From the NCBI GenBank assembly GCA_965206645.1, contig CBDBKE010000001.1, positions 256,001 to 320,000 of the forward strand: a DNA stretch of 64,000 bases, given 5' to 3'. Made by a program: the position numbers and the translations under genes. Source of the DNA: Terriglobia bacterium (GTDB lineage Bacteria; Acidobacteriota; Terriglobia; JAJPHL01; JAPKYU01). The notes below the pieces were generated by a model. It was not told the origin of the DNA and searched no databases. It was given only the letters and a program-made list of their open reading frames with translations. The stretch's first letter is position 1; every line of letters begins with the position of its first letter. Of this stretch, positions 1-10,183 are shown piece after piece.

Positions 1-328
1 GTTTGGGGCCGGCAACGTGGCGGCGGCAGTCGGGCTGCTGGACCACTTCGACCACATCTTTGCCGTCCTGGAACCCCAAGTCCCTCTCGACTCGCTCGTT
101 CCGTTAAGCCAGCCGGTTCCTAACGGGACCGCGACGGGACAGCAGCAGCAAGAAGGCAAGAAGCTGGTCCGCCTGCGTCCAGAAGAAGTGAAAGAGAAGT
201 TACGGCAGCGGGCGGAGGCCCGCCAGGCCCGCGATTTTGCCCTGGCTGACCGCATTCGCCAGGAATTGCTCGCGCAGGGAGTCGTCGTCGAAGACACCAA
301 GCAAGGCCCCCGGTTGAAGCGGAAATGA
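1..328 (+). CDS. cysS: Cysteinyl-tRNA synthetase, C-terminal end (gene starts before window)
   Basis: C-terminus RQRAEARQARDFALADRIRQELLAQGVVVEDTKQG matches the typical CysS anticodon-binding tail (R..AR..KDFA.AD.IR..L...G..LED). Confidence 0.85.
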   Translation, partial: FGAGNVAAAVGLLDHFDHIFAVLEPQVPLDSLVPLSQPVPNGTATGQQQQEGKKLVRLRPEEVKEKLRQRAEARQARDFALADRIRQELLAQGVVVEDTKQGPRLKRK

Positions 329-432
329 CACGGCCTGCAACTCCTGCCTTGGCCCGCCCCAACCTGTTTGGCTGCGACTAGGCCCTGCCCTTCCCGAGTC
401 CAGGCGGACCTCGCGGTGAAGGTCCCAAGCGA

Positions 433-1429
433 GTGCCTGGAAGAAGCTCAACGCGAGGCCTAAGATTGGCCGGAGGCTGGAGGCTTGAGACGCTGACGGA
501 GGGCCGGTTTTGCGGGGCGATGCTGGGTGTCGCGGTCGGCGATGCGCTGGGGGCGCGGTTCGAAGGCGTTGGATCGGTGGACCCGGATGAACTGGCACAG
601 TTCGCCAGTGATCCGGGTCCGCTTCGCTACACCGACGACACGCACATGACCCTGGGGCTTGCGCGGTCACTGATTGAAAAGCAGGGCTTCGACGCCGCGC
701 ATACCGCCGAGGTATTCGCCCGAAACTTTGAGCAAGAGCCGTGGCGCGGCTACGGGTCTGGGCCTGCCGCACGTGTTCGGCTTGATGCGCCAGGGTATGC
801 CGTGGGACCAAGCGGCGGGAAGCCTGTTTGGCGGCACCGGTTCCTACGGGAATGGGGCAGCCATGCGAGTGGCGCCAGTGGCCCTATTTGCCTTTCGAGA
901 TTTGGACCGGGTGGCGCGACTGGCGCAGCAGTCCGGTGTGCTCACGCACACTCACGAGCGCGGTGTGGACGGTGCGGTATTGCAGGCTTGCGCGGTCGCT
1001 CTTCTGCTCGAGGCCGAGCCGGGGCGACCGCTGCACGCTCCTGCCCTGCTTCAGCAACTGGCTCGGCGAGTTCAGACGAAGCTTTTCCGCGAAATCCTGG
1101 AATTGCTGGAATCTCTCCCCGCCGACCTGCCTCCGCCCGAGGCGGCGTTGAGACTCGGTAACGGGATCGAGGCCTTCCGCTCCGTGCCCACAGCCCTGTA
1201 CGCCTTCCTTAGGCATCCCGACTCGTTTGCCGGTGCGGTCCTTTATGCGATCCGCCTCGGCGGAGACACCGACACCATCGCCTCGATGACGGGCGCCTTG
1301 TCTGGTGCGTATCTGGGCGAGGAGGCGATCCCCACTGGGTGGCGCGAACGCGTCGAGGACGCAGCGGAACTTCGGCGCCTGGCGCGCGCCCTCTTCTCGC
1401 TCCGCCATCAGCCCTCCAGAAACCCGTGA
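433..1429 (+). pseudogene. ADP-ribosylglycohydrolase (DraG/ARH family), split by a frameshift near 766
   Basis: Frame 1 has GAMLGVAVGDALG and YTDDT; frame 2 has SYGNGAAMRVAP and GGDTDTIASMTGALSGA. Removing one G in GGG CCT g CCG CAC restores YGSGPPHVFG. Could be a sequencing error; start codon uncertain. Confidence 0.85.
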
Positions 1430-2301
1430 GCCAGGCGCCAGTTCAGTCCCTGCGCAGGCCGGACCACTTCGCGTTCCCACATCGTCAGCGCTGTGGCGGG
1501 GTCGGGGTCTCCCAGGGAAAAGATGGTGTTGATGAAGACGTCGCGGAAATCCCATGGGTCCATGTTGAACCGGGACGCCACTTCGGTCTGGAAGGCGGCC
1601 ACTGATTTTCGTCCGTTAGCATACCGGGTCGTTTCCTGCAAGCCGCACAGATAGGCGCGAACCGTTGCGGCATGGGCCACCTTCAGGTTCACCGCGACGT
1701 GCATTTCAAAATAACCCAGCACGCCCTGCCGAACGGGAAACACGTGAAGCGATCTTTCCACCGCCCGGCGAATCCGGCTGACCGAGGGTTCTGAGCCGAT
1801 CATGCCGTGAACCTGCCCAGCCAGCAGAGCTTGGACGCAGTCTTGCCGGGTCTGCATGGCGATCGCCGGAGGAACCTCGATCCCCCAACCGTGGCTCATC
1901 AGACTCAACCGGGTGCCAAAAGCGGAGCCTGACAAGAACCCGAACGTCTGTCCCTTCAGGTCATATACGGATTCAATCCGTTGCGTGGCGATTCCGGCGG
2001 TGAACAAGCACGAAAGGGAGCAGACCCGCCGGCAATCCGGTCCCAACTGATTTAGCAAGTCCCCCGGCACCAGTGCGAGTCCCACTTTGCCCTTGAGCAG
2101 CAGCTCGAAGCCGTCTCCTCCGCTTCGCGTCGACTCAATTTCCGCCAGAACTGCGTACTGCTTTTCCAGCAGCCGGTAGGGCTTCCCCTCTTCCGGCTCC
2201 CAGGTCAGCATCAAGGAGGGAATCACCGACAACGTCTGGGACTGGCCGATGTGCAGCCGCCTGGCGGGACGCCGGGAATTGAGAATCTGTCCCAGAGCCA
2301 T
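1408..2301 (-). CDS. Type 2 periplasmic-binding-fold protein (NitT/TauT/NMT1-like), probably N-terminally truncated
   Basis: IESVYDLKGQTFGFLSGSA and CVQALLAGQVHGMIGSEP resemble SsuA/NMT1 motifs; no signal peptide; the 5' end abuts an unrelated gene fragment. Confidence 0.5.
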   Translation of the reverse strand: MALGQILNSRRPARRLHIGQSQTLSVIPSLMLTWEPEEGKPYRLLEKQYAVLAEIESTRSGGDGFELLLKGKVGLALVPGDLLNQLGPDCRRVCSLSCLFTAGIATQRIESVYDLKGQTFGFLSGSAFGTRLSLMSHGWGIEVPPAIAMQTRQDCVQALLAGQVHGMIGSEPSVSRIRRAVERSLHVFPVRQGVLGYFEMHVAVNLKVAHAATVRAYLCGLQETTRYANGRKSVAAFQTEVASRFNMDPWDFRDVFINTIFSLGDPDPATALTMWEREVVRPAQGLNWRLAHGFLEG

Positions 2302-2650
2302 CGTTGATCCAGCGCAACGACTAGAGGTCGCAAAATTGGACCGGAAAGCCGCGGGAGAAAGGAAGCAGCAGGAAATTCTGCTCGGGCAGGGCGAGGCCGA
2401 ACGAAAGCGGTTGATCGTGCGTGCCGACGGATCTCTGAAACAAAAGCTGGAGGCTTATGTGTAAGCCCAGCAGCTCTGGGCGAACGCGTATGCCAAGCGT
2501 CAGGTCCCGAATCTTGTGATGGGAGGGAATGGTGCTGGAGATACGGATAAAGCCACCAGTGACTTTTCCCGAATGATGCAGCTTCTCGTTGCCGGCCAGA
2601 TGGGACTGGATCTGTCCGTCCCGAAAGGTAAGACCGGAGGTGGACGGTAA
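2299..2650 (+). pseudogene. C-terminal fragment of an SPFH/band-7-type coiled-coil protein with an internal stop
   Basis: Reads QRLEVAKLDRKAA...ILLGQGEAERKRL..ADGSLKQKLEAYV*AQQLWANAYAKRQVPNLVMGG in one frame through TAA at 2462; family assignment from memory. Confidence 0.55.
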
Positions 2651-2752
2651 CCGATCACGTGGCAGGTCCGCAAGTACCGGCCATTGTATGCTACACCGGG
2701 GTGAAGAACGGCCCGGGCAGGCCGCTTGGGTGCTTTCTCCACGATTGGAGCA

Positions 2753-4015
2753 ATGAACGCGGGGCAGCGAACTTCGTGGCGCGGGGTGATTGGGCCGGGC
2801 ATTCTGGTGGCGGCCACCGGCGTGGGCGCGGGTGACCTGCTGACTGCCAGCCTGGCCGGCTCTAAGGTCGGGCTGGCGATCCTATGGGCGGCACTGGTGG
2901 GCGCGATGCTGAAGTGGACCCTGAACGAGGGCATAGCCCGCTGGCAGATGGCCACCGAGACCACACTGCTGGAGGGCTGGGTGACCCGGCTGGGAAGCTG
3001 GATTCAGTGGGTCTTCCTGACTTACTTCTTTGTCTGGACGTTGATGGTCGGCGGCGCTCTGGTGAATGCCTGTGGAGTGGCTGGGAGCGGGCTGCTGCCG
3101 CTGGGCGACGCGAACACCTCCAAGATTGTCTGGGGCATCATTCATTCGCTGGCAGGCCTGGCTCTGGTGTGGGTCGGAGGATTCGCCTTGTTCGAGAAGG
3201 TGATGTCGGTCTGCATCGGCGGAATGTTTGTGTGCGTCCTGGTGACGGCGGCGCTGGTGGGGCCCGACTGGGGCGCGGTAGCAAGCGGCATCCTGACGCC
3301 CAGCATCCCGGAGGGAGGCCTGCCCTGGACGTTGGGCATTCTCGGGGGCGTCGGCGGGACGGTGACCCTGCTTTCCTACGGTTACTGGATTCGCGAGAAA
3401 GGCCGCACCGGGCAGAGCGGCGTGCGGCTCTGCCGCATCGACCTGGCGGTGGCCTACGTGCTGACGGCGCTGTTTGGCATGGCGATGGTCATCATCGGCT
3501 CGCGGATCCAGGTGGAAGGCCAGGGAGTCAGCCTTGCGATTCAGCTTGCCGAGGAGCTGGCGGTGGCGCTGGGCCCGTTGGGCAAATGGGTTTTCTTGCT
3601 GGGATTCTGGGGCGCCGTGTTCTCCAGCCTGCTGGGCGTCTGGCAAAGCGCGCCGTATCTGTTCGCCGACTTTCTCAACCTGCGCCGCGGCCGCTCCCAG
3701 CCAGGTGTGGATCTTTCGCGGAACCTTCCTCAAACCCGGGCCTACCGTGCCTACCAGATAGCGATCGCGGTGGTCCCGCTGGCGCTGCTGTGGGTCAGCG
3801 TTGAGCGTATCCAAGTCGGCTATGCCATCATGGGCGCCCTGTTCATGCCCCTGCTGGCTCTGACCTTATTGCTTATGAACAACCGGGTTCGCTGGGTAGG
3901 GGCGCAGTTTCGGAGCGGCTGGTTCACCAACGGGCTTCTGACCATCACCCTGCTGCTGTTCGCCTATATGGGTGCGCTACGGCTTTGGAGGCTGATGGCG
4001 TCCACCGGTGGCTAG
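2753..4015 (+). CDS. Nramp-family (MntH-like) divalent metal transporter
   Basis: GPGILVAATGVGAGDL N-terminal motif, about 11 hydrophobic segments, GGAG SD before ATG 2753. Confidence 0.8.
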   Translation: MNAGQRTSWRGVIGPGILVAATGVGAGDLLTASLAGSKVGLAILWAALVGAMLKWTLNEGIARWQMATETTLLEGWVTRLGSWIQWVFLTYFFVWTLMVGGALVNACGVAGSGLLPLGDANTSKIVWGIIHSLAGLALVWVGGFALFEKVMSVCIGGMFVCVLVTAALVGPDWGAVASGILTPSIPEGGLPWTLGILGGVGGTVTLLSYGYWIREKGRTGQSGVRLCRIDLAVAYVLTALFGMAMVIIGSRIQVEGQGVSLAIQLAEELAVALGPLGKWVFLLGFWGAVFSSLLGVWQSAPYLFADFLNLRRGRSQPGVDLSRNLPQTRAYRAYQIAIAVVPLALLWVSVERIQVGYAIMGALFMPLLALTLLLMNNRVRWVGAQFRSGWFTNGLLTITLLLFAYMGALRLWRLMASTGG

Positions 4016-4172
4016 GCTGCCGGTGGTTAGGCTGAAGGTTGAGGGAATTGAAGGTTGGGCCTGAGAGTTGCCCCGCTGGTATCCAGTCGAGGGTGGACTT
4101 TGAGTGCAGGGTATAATTGGGAAGGGAGTGCGGTCTTCGCGTTCCTCGCAGTGAAACTGGTCTCATCGGCTG

Positions 4173-4712
4173 ATGCCGGCTCAAGCGCTGATCCTGGACG
4201 TGGGCTGTGGGCGCAACAAGTACGACGGCGCCATCGGCGTTGACTACAATCCAGACACGGCGGCCGACGTCCTCTGCAACCTGGACCGGCCGCCCTACCC
4301 GTTTGCGGACAGCCAGTTTGACGAGGTGCGGGCCATACACGTCATTGAGCACGTCGCCGATGTGCTGGCCACCATGAAGGAGTTTCACCGGCTGGCACGC
4401 CCCGGTGGCAGAATCGTCGTGGTGACCCCGCACTACACCGACTTCAGCTCCTTCTGTGATCCTACGCATCGCTGGCACCTGAACAGCTTCAGCTTCCGCC
4501 ACTTCGGCGAGGACCACGGAGGGTTTGGCTACTACACCCGGCAGAAGCTGCGGGAGAGACGGATGCACGTGCGGCTGCTCGCGTTGTGGCGCTGGCTGGG
4601 CTTCGAGTATCTGGTGAACCACTCCCGCCGGTTCCGGCGCTTCTGGGAGTATTACCTCTGCTACATCGTACGCGGCAAGGTGCTCACCTTTGAATTCGAG
4701 GTGCTGAAATAG
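4173..4712 (+). CDS. Class I SAM-dependent methyltransferase
   Basis: ILDVGCG motif I; PFADSQFD; HVIEH; LARPGG. Confidence 0.85.
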   Translation: MPAQALILDVGCGRNKYDGAIGVDYNPDTAADVLCNLDRPPYPFADSQFDEVRAIHVIEHVADVLATMKEFHRLARPGGRIVVVTPHYTDFSSFCDPTHRWHLNSFSFRHFGEDHGGFGYYTRQKLRERRMHVRLLALWRWLGFEYLVNHSRRFRRFWEYYLCYIVRGKVLTFEFEVLK

Positions 4713-4814
4713 GCGTCGTGGACGGGTTGGACCTAGCGCGAGCACGGTACAATGAAATGAGGTTGACGGCGGAGGCATGTTGCCACCTATAAGGTCCCGT
4801 AACGGAAGAGCCCC

Positions 4815-5273
4815 GTGATTTGGCCGCACCTGCTCCGCCGCACGCTCGGTTCTTTGCGCCAGGCCGGCTGGGTTGGAGCGGAGGCTGCTTTCGGAGCGCA
4901 GGGAGAAGAGCTCGCGTACTGGTACCTGCGCGACCGCGGCTTCACCCTGGTGGCGCGCAACTATCGCCACGCAGGAGTCGGCGGGGAAGTGGATCTGATC
5001 GGCTGGGATGGCGAGACGCTGGTTTTTGTGGAGGTCAAGACGCGCCAGTCGGCGGAAGTGCGCCAGGCCGAGGACGCCGTGGACCGGGAGAAGCGGCGCC
5101 ACCTGGTGCAGGCGGCGCGCGATTATCGGCGTTGCGCCCATCTGGAGGTGCCTTACCGCTTCGACGTCGTCAGCGTCTATCCGCATCCAAACCGAGGGCG
5201 GCGGCCGAGCGGCGAGCCCGTAGTGGAACACTTCCGCGACGCCTTCAGTGAGACCGACGGAGGCGTGCCATAG
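4815..5273 (+). CDS. yraN: YraN (UPF0102) family endonuclease
   Basis: GAQGEELA, RNYR, GEVDLI, LVFVEVKTR, RFDVV motifs. Confidence 0.9.
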   Translation: MIWPHLLRRTLGSLRQAGWVGAEAAFGAQGEELAYWYLRDRGFTLVARNYRHAGVGGEVDLIGWDGETLVFVEVKTRQSAEVRQAEDAVDREKRRHLVQAARDYRRCAHLEVPYRFDVVSVYPHPNRGRRPSGEPVVEHFRDAFSETDGGVP

Positions 5274-5322
5274 CCGGCGATGCGGGAATGGCCGCCGAGC
5301 TGCCTTACCGAGGAGGAAGCGG

Positions 5323-6333
5323 TTGCCTGAGCTGAGGAAAGACCCGATTACCGGGCGCTGGGTGATTATCTCCACGGACCGGGCCAAACGGCCGACCGAC
5401 TTTTCGGTCGAGCCGGCTGAAATCCGAGGCGGCTTCTGCCCGTTTTGCCCTGGCCACGAAGATAAGACGCCGCCGGAAATTCTGGCCTACCGCAGCGATG
5501 GGAGTGGGCCGAACTCGACTGGCTGGTGGGTGCGCGTAGTCCCCAACAAGTTTCCCGCCCTGTGTATCGAGGGAGCCGTGAGCCGACAGGGCGAAGGACT
5601 GTTCGACAAGATGAGCGGCATCGGCGCCCACGAGGTGATCATCGAGACGCCGGTCCACGGGCAGACGCTGGCGACGCTGCCGGAAAAGCGCGTCGAGGAC
5701 GTGCTGTGGGCTTTCCGCGACCGGATGATCGATCTACAGCGGGACAAGCGCTTCCGCTACGTTCTCATTTTCAAGAATCACGGCGCACCGGCCGGCGCCT
5801 CGCTGGAGCATAGCCACTCCCAACTGATTGCGCTGCCCATCGTGCCCAAGCGAGTGCGCGAGGAGGTGGACGGGGCGAAAGGCTACTACGCCTACAAGGA
5901 ACGGTGCGTCTACTGCGATATCATCCGCCAGGAGCGGGATTCCGGCATCCGGGTGATCTCCGAGAACGAAGACTTCCTAACCGTGGCGCCGTACGCGCCG
6001 CGCTTCCCGTTCGAGACCTGGGTCCTGCCTAAGGAGCACGAGTCGGCCTTCGAGAACTCGCAGACGCATTTCTACGAGAACTTGGCGCGGGCGCTGAAGA
6101 ACCTGTTGATGCGGGTGAACACGGTGCTGGAGATGCCCAGCTACAACCTGGTGTTCCACACCTCCCCAGTGAAGGAAGCGCCCAACAACTATTATCACTG
6201 GCACCTGGAGATGATGCCCAAGCTGACCCGGGTGGCCGGCTTCGAATGGGGTACCGGCTTCTACATTAATCCGACACCGCCGGAGGAAGCCGCCAAGTTC
6301 CTGCGCGAGGTGTCCCTGGAGCCAGCCGGCTGA
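5323..6333 (+). CDS. galT: Galactose-1-phosphate uridylyltransferase
   Basis: ELRKDP..WV, CPFCPG, RVVPNKFPAL, G.HEVIIET, GASLEHSHSQ active site; AGGAGG SD at 5311 before TTG 5323. Confidence 0.92.
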   Translation: MPELRKDPITGRWVIISTDRAKRPTDFSVEPAEIRGGFCPFCPGHEDKTPPEILAYRSDGSGPNSTGWWVRVVPNKFPALCIEGAVSRQGEGLFDKMSGIGAHEVIIETPVHGQTLATLPEKRVEDVLWAFRDRMIDLQRDKRFRYVLIFKNHGAPAGASLEHSHSQLIALPIVPKRVREEVDGAKGYYAYKERCVYCDIIRQERDSGIRVISENEDFLTVAPYAPRFPFETWVLPKEHESAFENSQTHFYENLARALKNLLMRVNTVLEMPSYNLVFHTSPVKEAPNNYYHWHLEMMPKLTRVAGFEWGTGFYINPTPPEEAAKFLREVSLEPAG

Positions 6334-6371
6334 GCGGCCGGGCGGAGGGGCTGCACGAGCCGGGATGGCAA

Positions 6372-6401
6372 TTGACCCCTGCGCCGCAAGGGCGGTAGAA
6401 T
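6372..6401 (+). promoter_or_regulatory. Sigma70-type promoter for the tRNA pair
   Basis: TTGACC-18 nt-TAGAAT, ending 11 nt before tRNA-Gly. Confidence 0.7.
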
Positions 6402-6412
6402 CATTTTTGGGC

Positions 6413-6487
<75 letters not shown>

Positions 6488-6550
6488 GGGTTTCCACGGC
6501 CCCCGTGGCGGGGGCTTTTCTGCCAGCGTCGGTCACGCCTTGCGGGAGGT

Positions 6551-6625
<75 letters not shown>

Positions 6626-6963
6626 ATATCTTTCAGCTACTTGCCTGACAACACGCCTGTTAGCCCCAAAACCGTTCTTGCTGCTCGATGACGCTGATTG
6701 CCGGTGAATGTGGCCTTTTGAGGCAGAAAGCCGGACCAAAACCGGACGGGCTTTTTTCACTGGACCAACTCCTTCGCCCGCTGGGCTTCGATGGCGGCAC
6801 TGTAGCGTGCCATGGCCGCCTGTTGGTGGGCCTGGCTGATGTGTACGTACCTTTCAACCATCCTAATCGAGTTGTGCCGGTTTTGTTCCCGCACAATTCC
6901 CGCAAACTGCGTGCGGTTAGGTCCTTTGTTTTGAAGCGGAGTGCATGTAAGCTGTTGGCTGGT

Positions 6964-7014
6964 TCTACCTTGACACGGTAGAGGTCAGCGGTTCGAGCCC
7001 GCTCGGGCCTACCA
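6964..7014 (+). other. 3' half of a tRNA-Val(GAC); probable attachment-site remnant
   Basis: CTACC-TTGACAC-GGTAG anticodon arm, GGTTCGAGCC T-arm and ACCA end, but no D-arm or 5' acceptor strand upstream. Confidence 0.8.
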
Positions 7015-7069
7015 CTCGTTTCAATCACTTCCGATAATGGCACGGTGAATTCACCGGAGGGAGGGAACG

Positions 7070-8047
7070 ATGAGAACTTTTCTGCTTGTATTGCTGGTTG
7101 GAGCGCTGGCAGTGGGCAAGCTGTCTTCCCAGAGCGCGACGCCCCCTCCCGGCCGCACTGTCACAAAGGCGGAATACGAACGCTGGAAGATCGAGCTTAC
7201 GAACTGGGGACGATGGGGCCAGGACGACGAGATCGGAGCCTTGAACTTGATTACGCCGGCCAAGCGAAGGCAGGCGGCGGCTCTTGTAAAGGAGGGCTTC
7301 TCGGTTTCCCTCGCAGGGGACGTTGATACCGTTCAGGCTGTTGACAATTGGTATCCCTATGAGCACACCATGCTGACGATCGGGAAGGACCGAATCGCGG
7401 TCAATTACCACGGGATTGCCCATTCGCACGTCGATTCGCTGGCCCACATGAATGCGAACGGAGTCTTCTATAACGGCTATACGCCGGATCCGGAAACGGT
7501 GCTCAAGGAAGGACACTCGAAAAACTCTATCCACAACGTAAAGAATGGCATCTTCACCCGCGGCATCCTGATCGACATTCCGCGACTGAAAGGTGTGCCG
7601 TATCTCGAACCCGGCACGCCCATTTACGTGGAGGATCTCGAGGCGTGGGAACAGAAGGCAGGGGTGAAAGTGTCGTCCGGGGATGTGCTGTTCGTGCGCA
7701 CGGGCGTGTGGGCCCGCCGGAAGGCCAAAGGGCCGTGGCTCCGAGGCAGGAGAGAAGGCGGCCGCTCGGCCGGGCTCGATCCCTCGGTGATCCCGTGGTT
7801 GAAACAGCGCGACGTCGCGGTCATGGGGAGCGACCATCCGCAGTATGTGTCCCCGTCGCCTCTCACGGCAGCTGTTCACGATTTCGCCTTGATCTACTTG
7901 GGAGTCCACTTGTTCGACAATCTGGATCTCGAAGCCCTTGCCGATGCGGCGGCCGCCCGAAACCGGTGGGAATTTCTGCTGACGGCGGCTCCGCTGCCGA
8001 TTCGTGGCGGCACCGGATCACCTTTGAATCCCATCGCGACATTTTGA
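7070..8047 (+). CDS. Cyclase family (kynurenine-formamidase-like) metal hydrolase with signal peptide
   Basis: NWGRWG.DDEIGALNLIT, HSHVDSLAH, RGILIDIP, GGTGSPLNPIA; hydrophobic N-terminus. Confidence 0.85.
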   Translation: MRTFLLVLLVGALAVGKLSSQSATPPPGRTVTKAEYERWKIELTNWGRWGQDDEIGALNLITPAKRRQAAALVKEGFSVSLAGDVDTVQAVDNWYPYEHTMLTIGKDRIAVNYHGIAHSHVDSLAHMNANGVFYNGYTPDPETVLKEGHSKNSIHNVKNGIFTRGILIDIPRLKGVPYLEPGTPIYVEDLEAWEQKAGVKVSSGDVLFVRTGVWARRKAKGPWLRGRREGGRSAGLDPSVIPWLKQRDVAVMGSDHPQYVSPSPLTAAVHDFALIYLGVHLFDNLDLEALADAAAARNRWEFLLTAAPLPIRGGTGSPLNPIATF

Positions 8048-8659
8048 TGGATAGTCCGTCGAGTATGGTTTCGGCGGGAGAAGATGTATCGCTCGAAAAG
8101 GCGGCGGCGGCGTGGAAGGTGTATAAGTCCTTATGCGCCGATAGAGGTGGCCAGAAATGGATCGGTTAGTTAGTTAGGTGCCTGCCATTCTAGCAACCTT
8201 AATGTTTGCCGGAATCCCTTAAAACCCGATGGCACCATGGCCGCTCGCGAACGTATGTTGAATGGAAATTTGATGCCGATGAAGAAACTCACCCGCTCCC
8301 ATTCAAGAGTCGGGAAGAGATCCTCCAGAGCGTCCATCAAGCAAGTCGGAAGCTGAATTTTGGTGGGCATTTGAATCTCCCCAGTTATCCATAAATGAAA
8401 TGGCGGAGCCCCGGGTGCTCGGCTCCGGAGCCTATGTGGTAAACGCTAACCGACTTGTGAGGACCTATCCGCCGGATCTGAGGCAACCGTCTTGTACTCA
8501 GAGGCTTGCAGCCATATTTAAAACCCACGGCTGGAACAAGGCGAACCTCATCACTTGCGTCATTACCAAGACAACCGAAGCCGTCCGGCCTGGCGAATCG
8601 GCGTATCATTCGCCCGAGGGAAGAATCAGCTGCCCTACCGTTTGCCATAGGAGTCCTAG

Positions 8660-9265
8660 ATGACGAAAGCCAAAACTGGCTGGCTGCTACCGGGAATATT
8701 GTGTCTGGCTTCTCTTGTCGTGGCCCAAGACACGGCTTGGAAGAAGTACATGGATGCCGCTAAGGTGGCCTTCGACCGGGATCGGTACGCCGAAGCGGAG
8801 AAACAACTGCTCACCGCGCTGAAGGAGGCGGAAAAGTTCCGAGAGCAGGACCGGCGTTTGGCAGTCAACCTGGGCGCCCTGGGAACGGTCTACCGCGCCC
8901 AGGGTAGGTACGCCGAGGCCGAGCCGCTCTTGCGGAGGGCGCTGGCGATCGTCGAGAAGCGGGTCGCCGAGAAAGAGCTGGAGCCGGAGGATCCTCGAGT
9001 GGTGGAAGTGGTGGCTCCGATCCTCGACAACCTGGCAGCGCTTTACACCGCCCAGGCCAAGTACGCCGAGGCCGAGCCGCTGTTCCGGCGAGCGCTGGCG
9101 ATTCGCGAGAAGGCCCTGGGGCCGGAGCGCCCGGAGGTAGCCAAGACCCTCGACAACTACGCTGAGCTTCTACGAAAGACGAACAGGGAGGCCGAGGCCG
9201 CCAAACTGGAGGCCCGCGCCAAGGCCATCCGTGCCAAGCACGCTGGAAAGAACCCGCCGAAGTGA
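8660..9265 (+). CDS. Exported tetratricopeptide-repeat protein (kinesin-light-chain-type TPR)
   Basis: Repeated NL..LY.AQG.YAEAEPL.RRALAI.EK; signal peptide. Confidence 0.85.
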   Translation: MTKAKTGWLLPGILCLASLVVAQDTAWKKYMDAAKVAFDRDRYAEAEKQLLTALKEAEKFREQDRRLAVNLGALGTVYRAQGRYAEAEPLLRRALAIVEKRVAEKELEPEDPRVVEVVAPILDNLAALYTAQAKYAEAEPLFRRALAIREKALGPERPEVAKTLDNYAELLRKTNREAEAAKLEARAKAIRAKHAGKNPPK

Positions 9266-9523
9266 CCTACCTCCTTTTCACCAGCAGCGCCGGATAGGTC
9301 TCCCCTAACGGGCTAGTGTTTACCTATGTTCCAAGCCTGGAGGGTGAGTGGTGTTCTTTGACTCGCGCCTACCATCGAGAATTTCAGGCCAGCCACTTCG
9401 TGTCAGGCCTGCTTCATATACCGAGCAAGAATCATTTTCCCAACGTAAGGGACTCTCTTGTTGTGGTATACGTTGTCAAGATAGTTATTCTCGCTGGCTC
9501 GCAGGAGAGTCCGGGTAGGGTTC

Positions 9524-9838
9524 ATGGAAAAGCGGCGCCATCCGAGGTTCCCGGTCGAGATCCCAGTCCGTTGCGAATTCGGGGACCATGCCCGGCAATT
9601 CCGGGTGGTGAATATATCGCGTTTCGGCATGCTGGTGAAGGGCATCGAGCTGCCGCAGGTGGGCACGTTAGTGACGATGCGATTCTCGCTGGCCGGATCG
9701 GAGGAGACGGAAATGACGGCGGTAGTGCGCCACCACGTACATGGCGGCGAGGTGGAATTCATCGGGGTGGAATTCATCGAGGTGCTGCAGGAGCAGCAGA
9801 TACAGCTGATCGATTACTTGGATCGGCTGGCAACTTAG
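9524..9838 (+). CDS. Single-domain PilZ (c-di-GMP-binding) protein
   Basis: EKRRHPR (RxxxR) and NISRFG (D/NxSxxG) motifs; GVEF. Confidence 0.85.
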   Translation: MEKRRHPRFPVEIPVRCEFGDHARQFRVVNISRFGMLVKGIELPQVGTLVTMRFSLAGSEETEMTAVVRHHVHGGEVEFIGVEFIEVLQEQQIQLIDYLDRLAT

Positions 9839-9874
9839 GAAGGCAAACCGCCGTGGCGATCGCGCTCGCGCACC

Positions 9875-10000
9875 CGAGTCCCGGCCGGCCCCGGCGTCGG
9901 CGCTGGTCGCGTAGCGCACGAGGGACACGCGGTTGACGCCGGGCTGCCGAGCGGCAGTCAGCATGGCAATGACCGGCCCGTAGCCGCACATAGCAAACGA
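9875..10000 (-). pseudogene. Short fragment of AmmeMemoRadiSam protein B (MEMO1 family)
   Basis: MCGYGPVIAMLTAAR...VRYATS matches the MEMO1 C-terminal motif; rest of gene absent. Confidence 0.6.
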
Positions 10001-10183
10001 CGGACACCTGATCAATTCCACACATCCCTCAAAGTGTCACTGGCCTGAGGTGCCGTCCCCCACCCGCAAGCCATGCTGAAGGGACGCAGTATAGACGCGG
10101 GGAGGTTTGTTCTCACGGGGACACCTCGGTAGGATAGAATTCCACAGGGGACTGAAGCGGCAACCCCATAAAATCAGGAGCAA

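Noticed and set aside
3945-5387. Long antisense ORFs (3945-5387, 2882-3814, 53108-54328, 56792-57769 and similar)
   Set aside because: They lie opposite well-supported genes in GC-rich DNA where stop codons are rare, and carry no motifs.
6498-6520. Rho-independent terminator between tRNA-Gly and tRNA-Cys
   Set aside because: A GC hairpin is present but the T-run is only four bases and it lies inside a probable co-transcribed tRNA pair; not supportable as a terminator.
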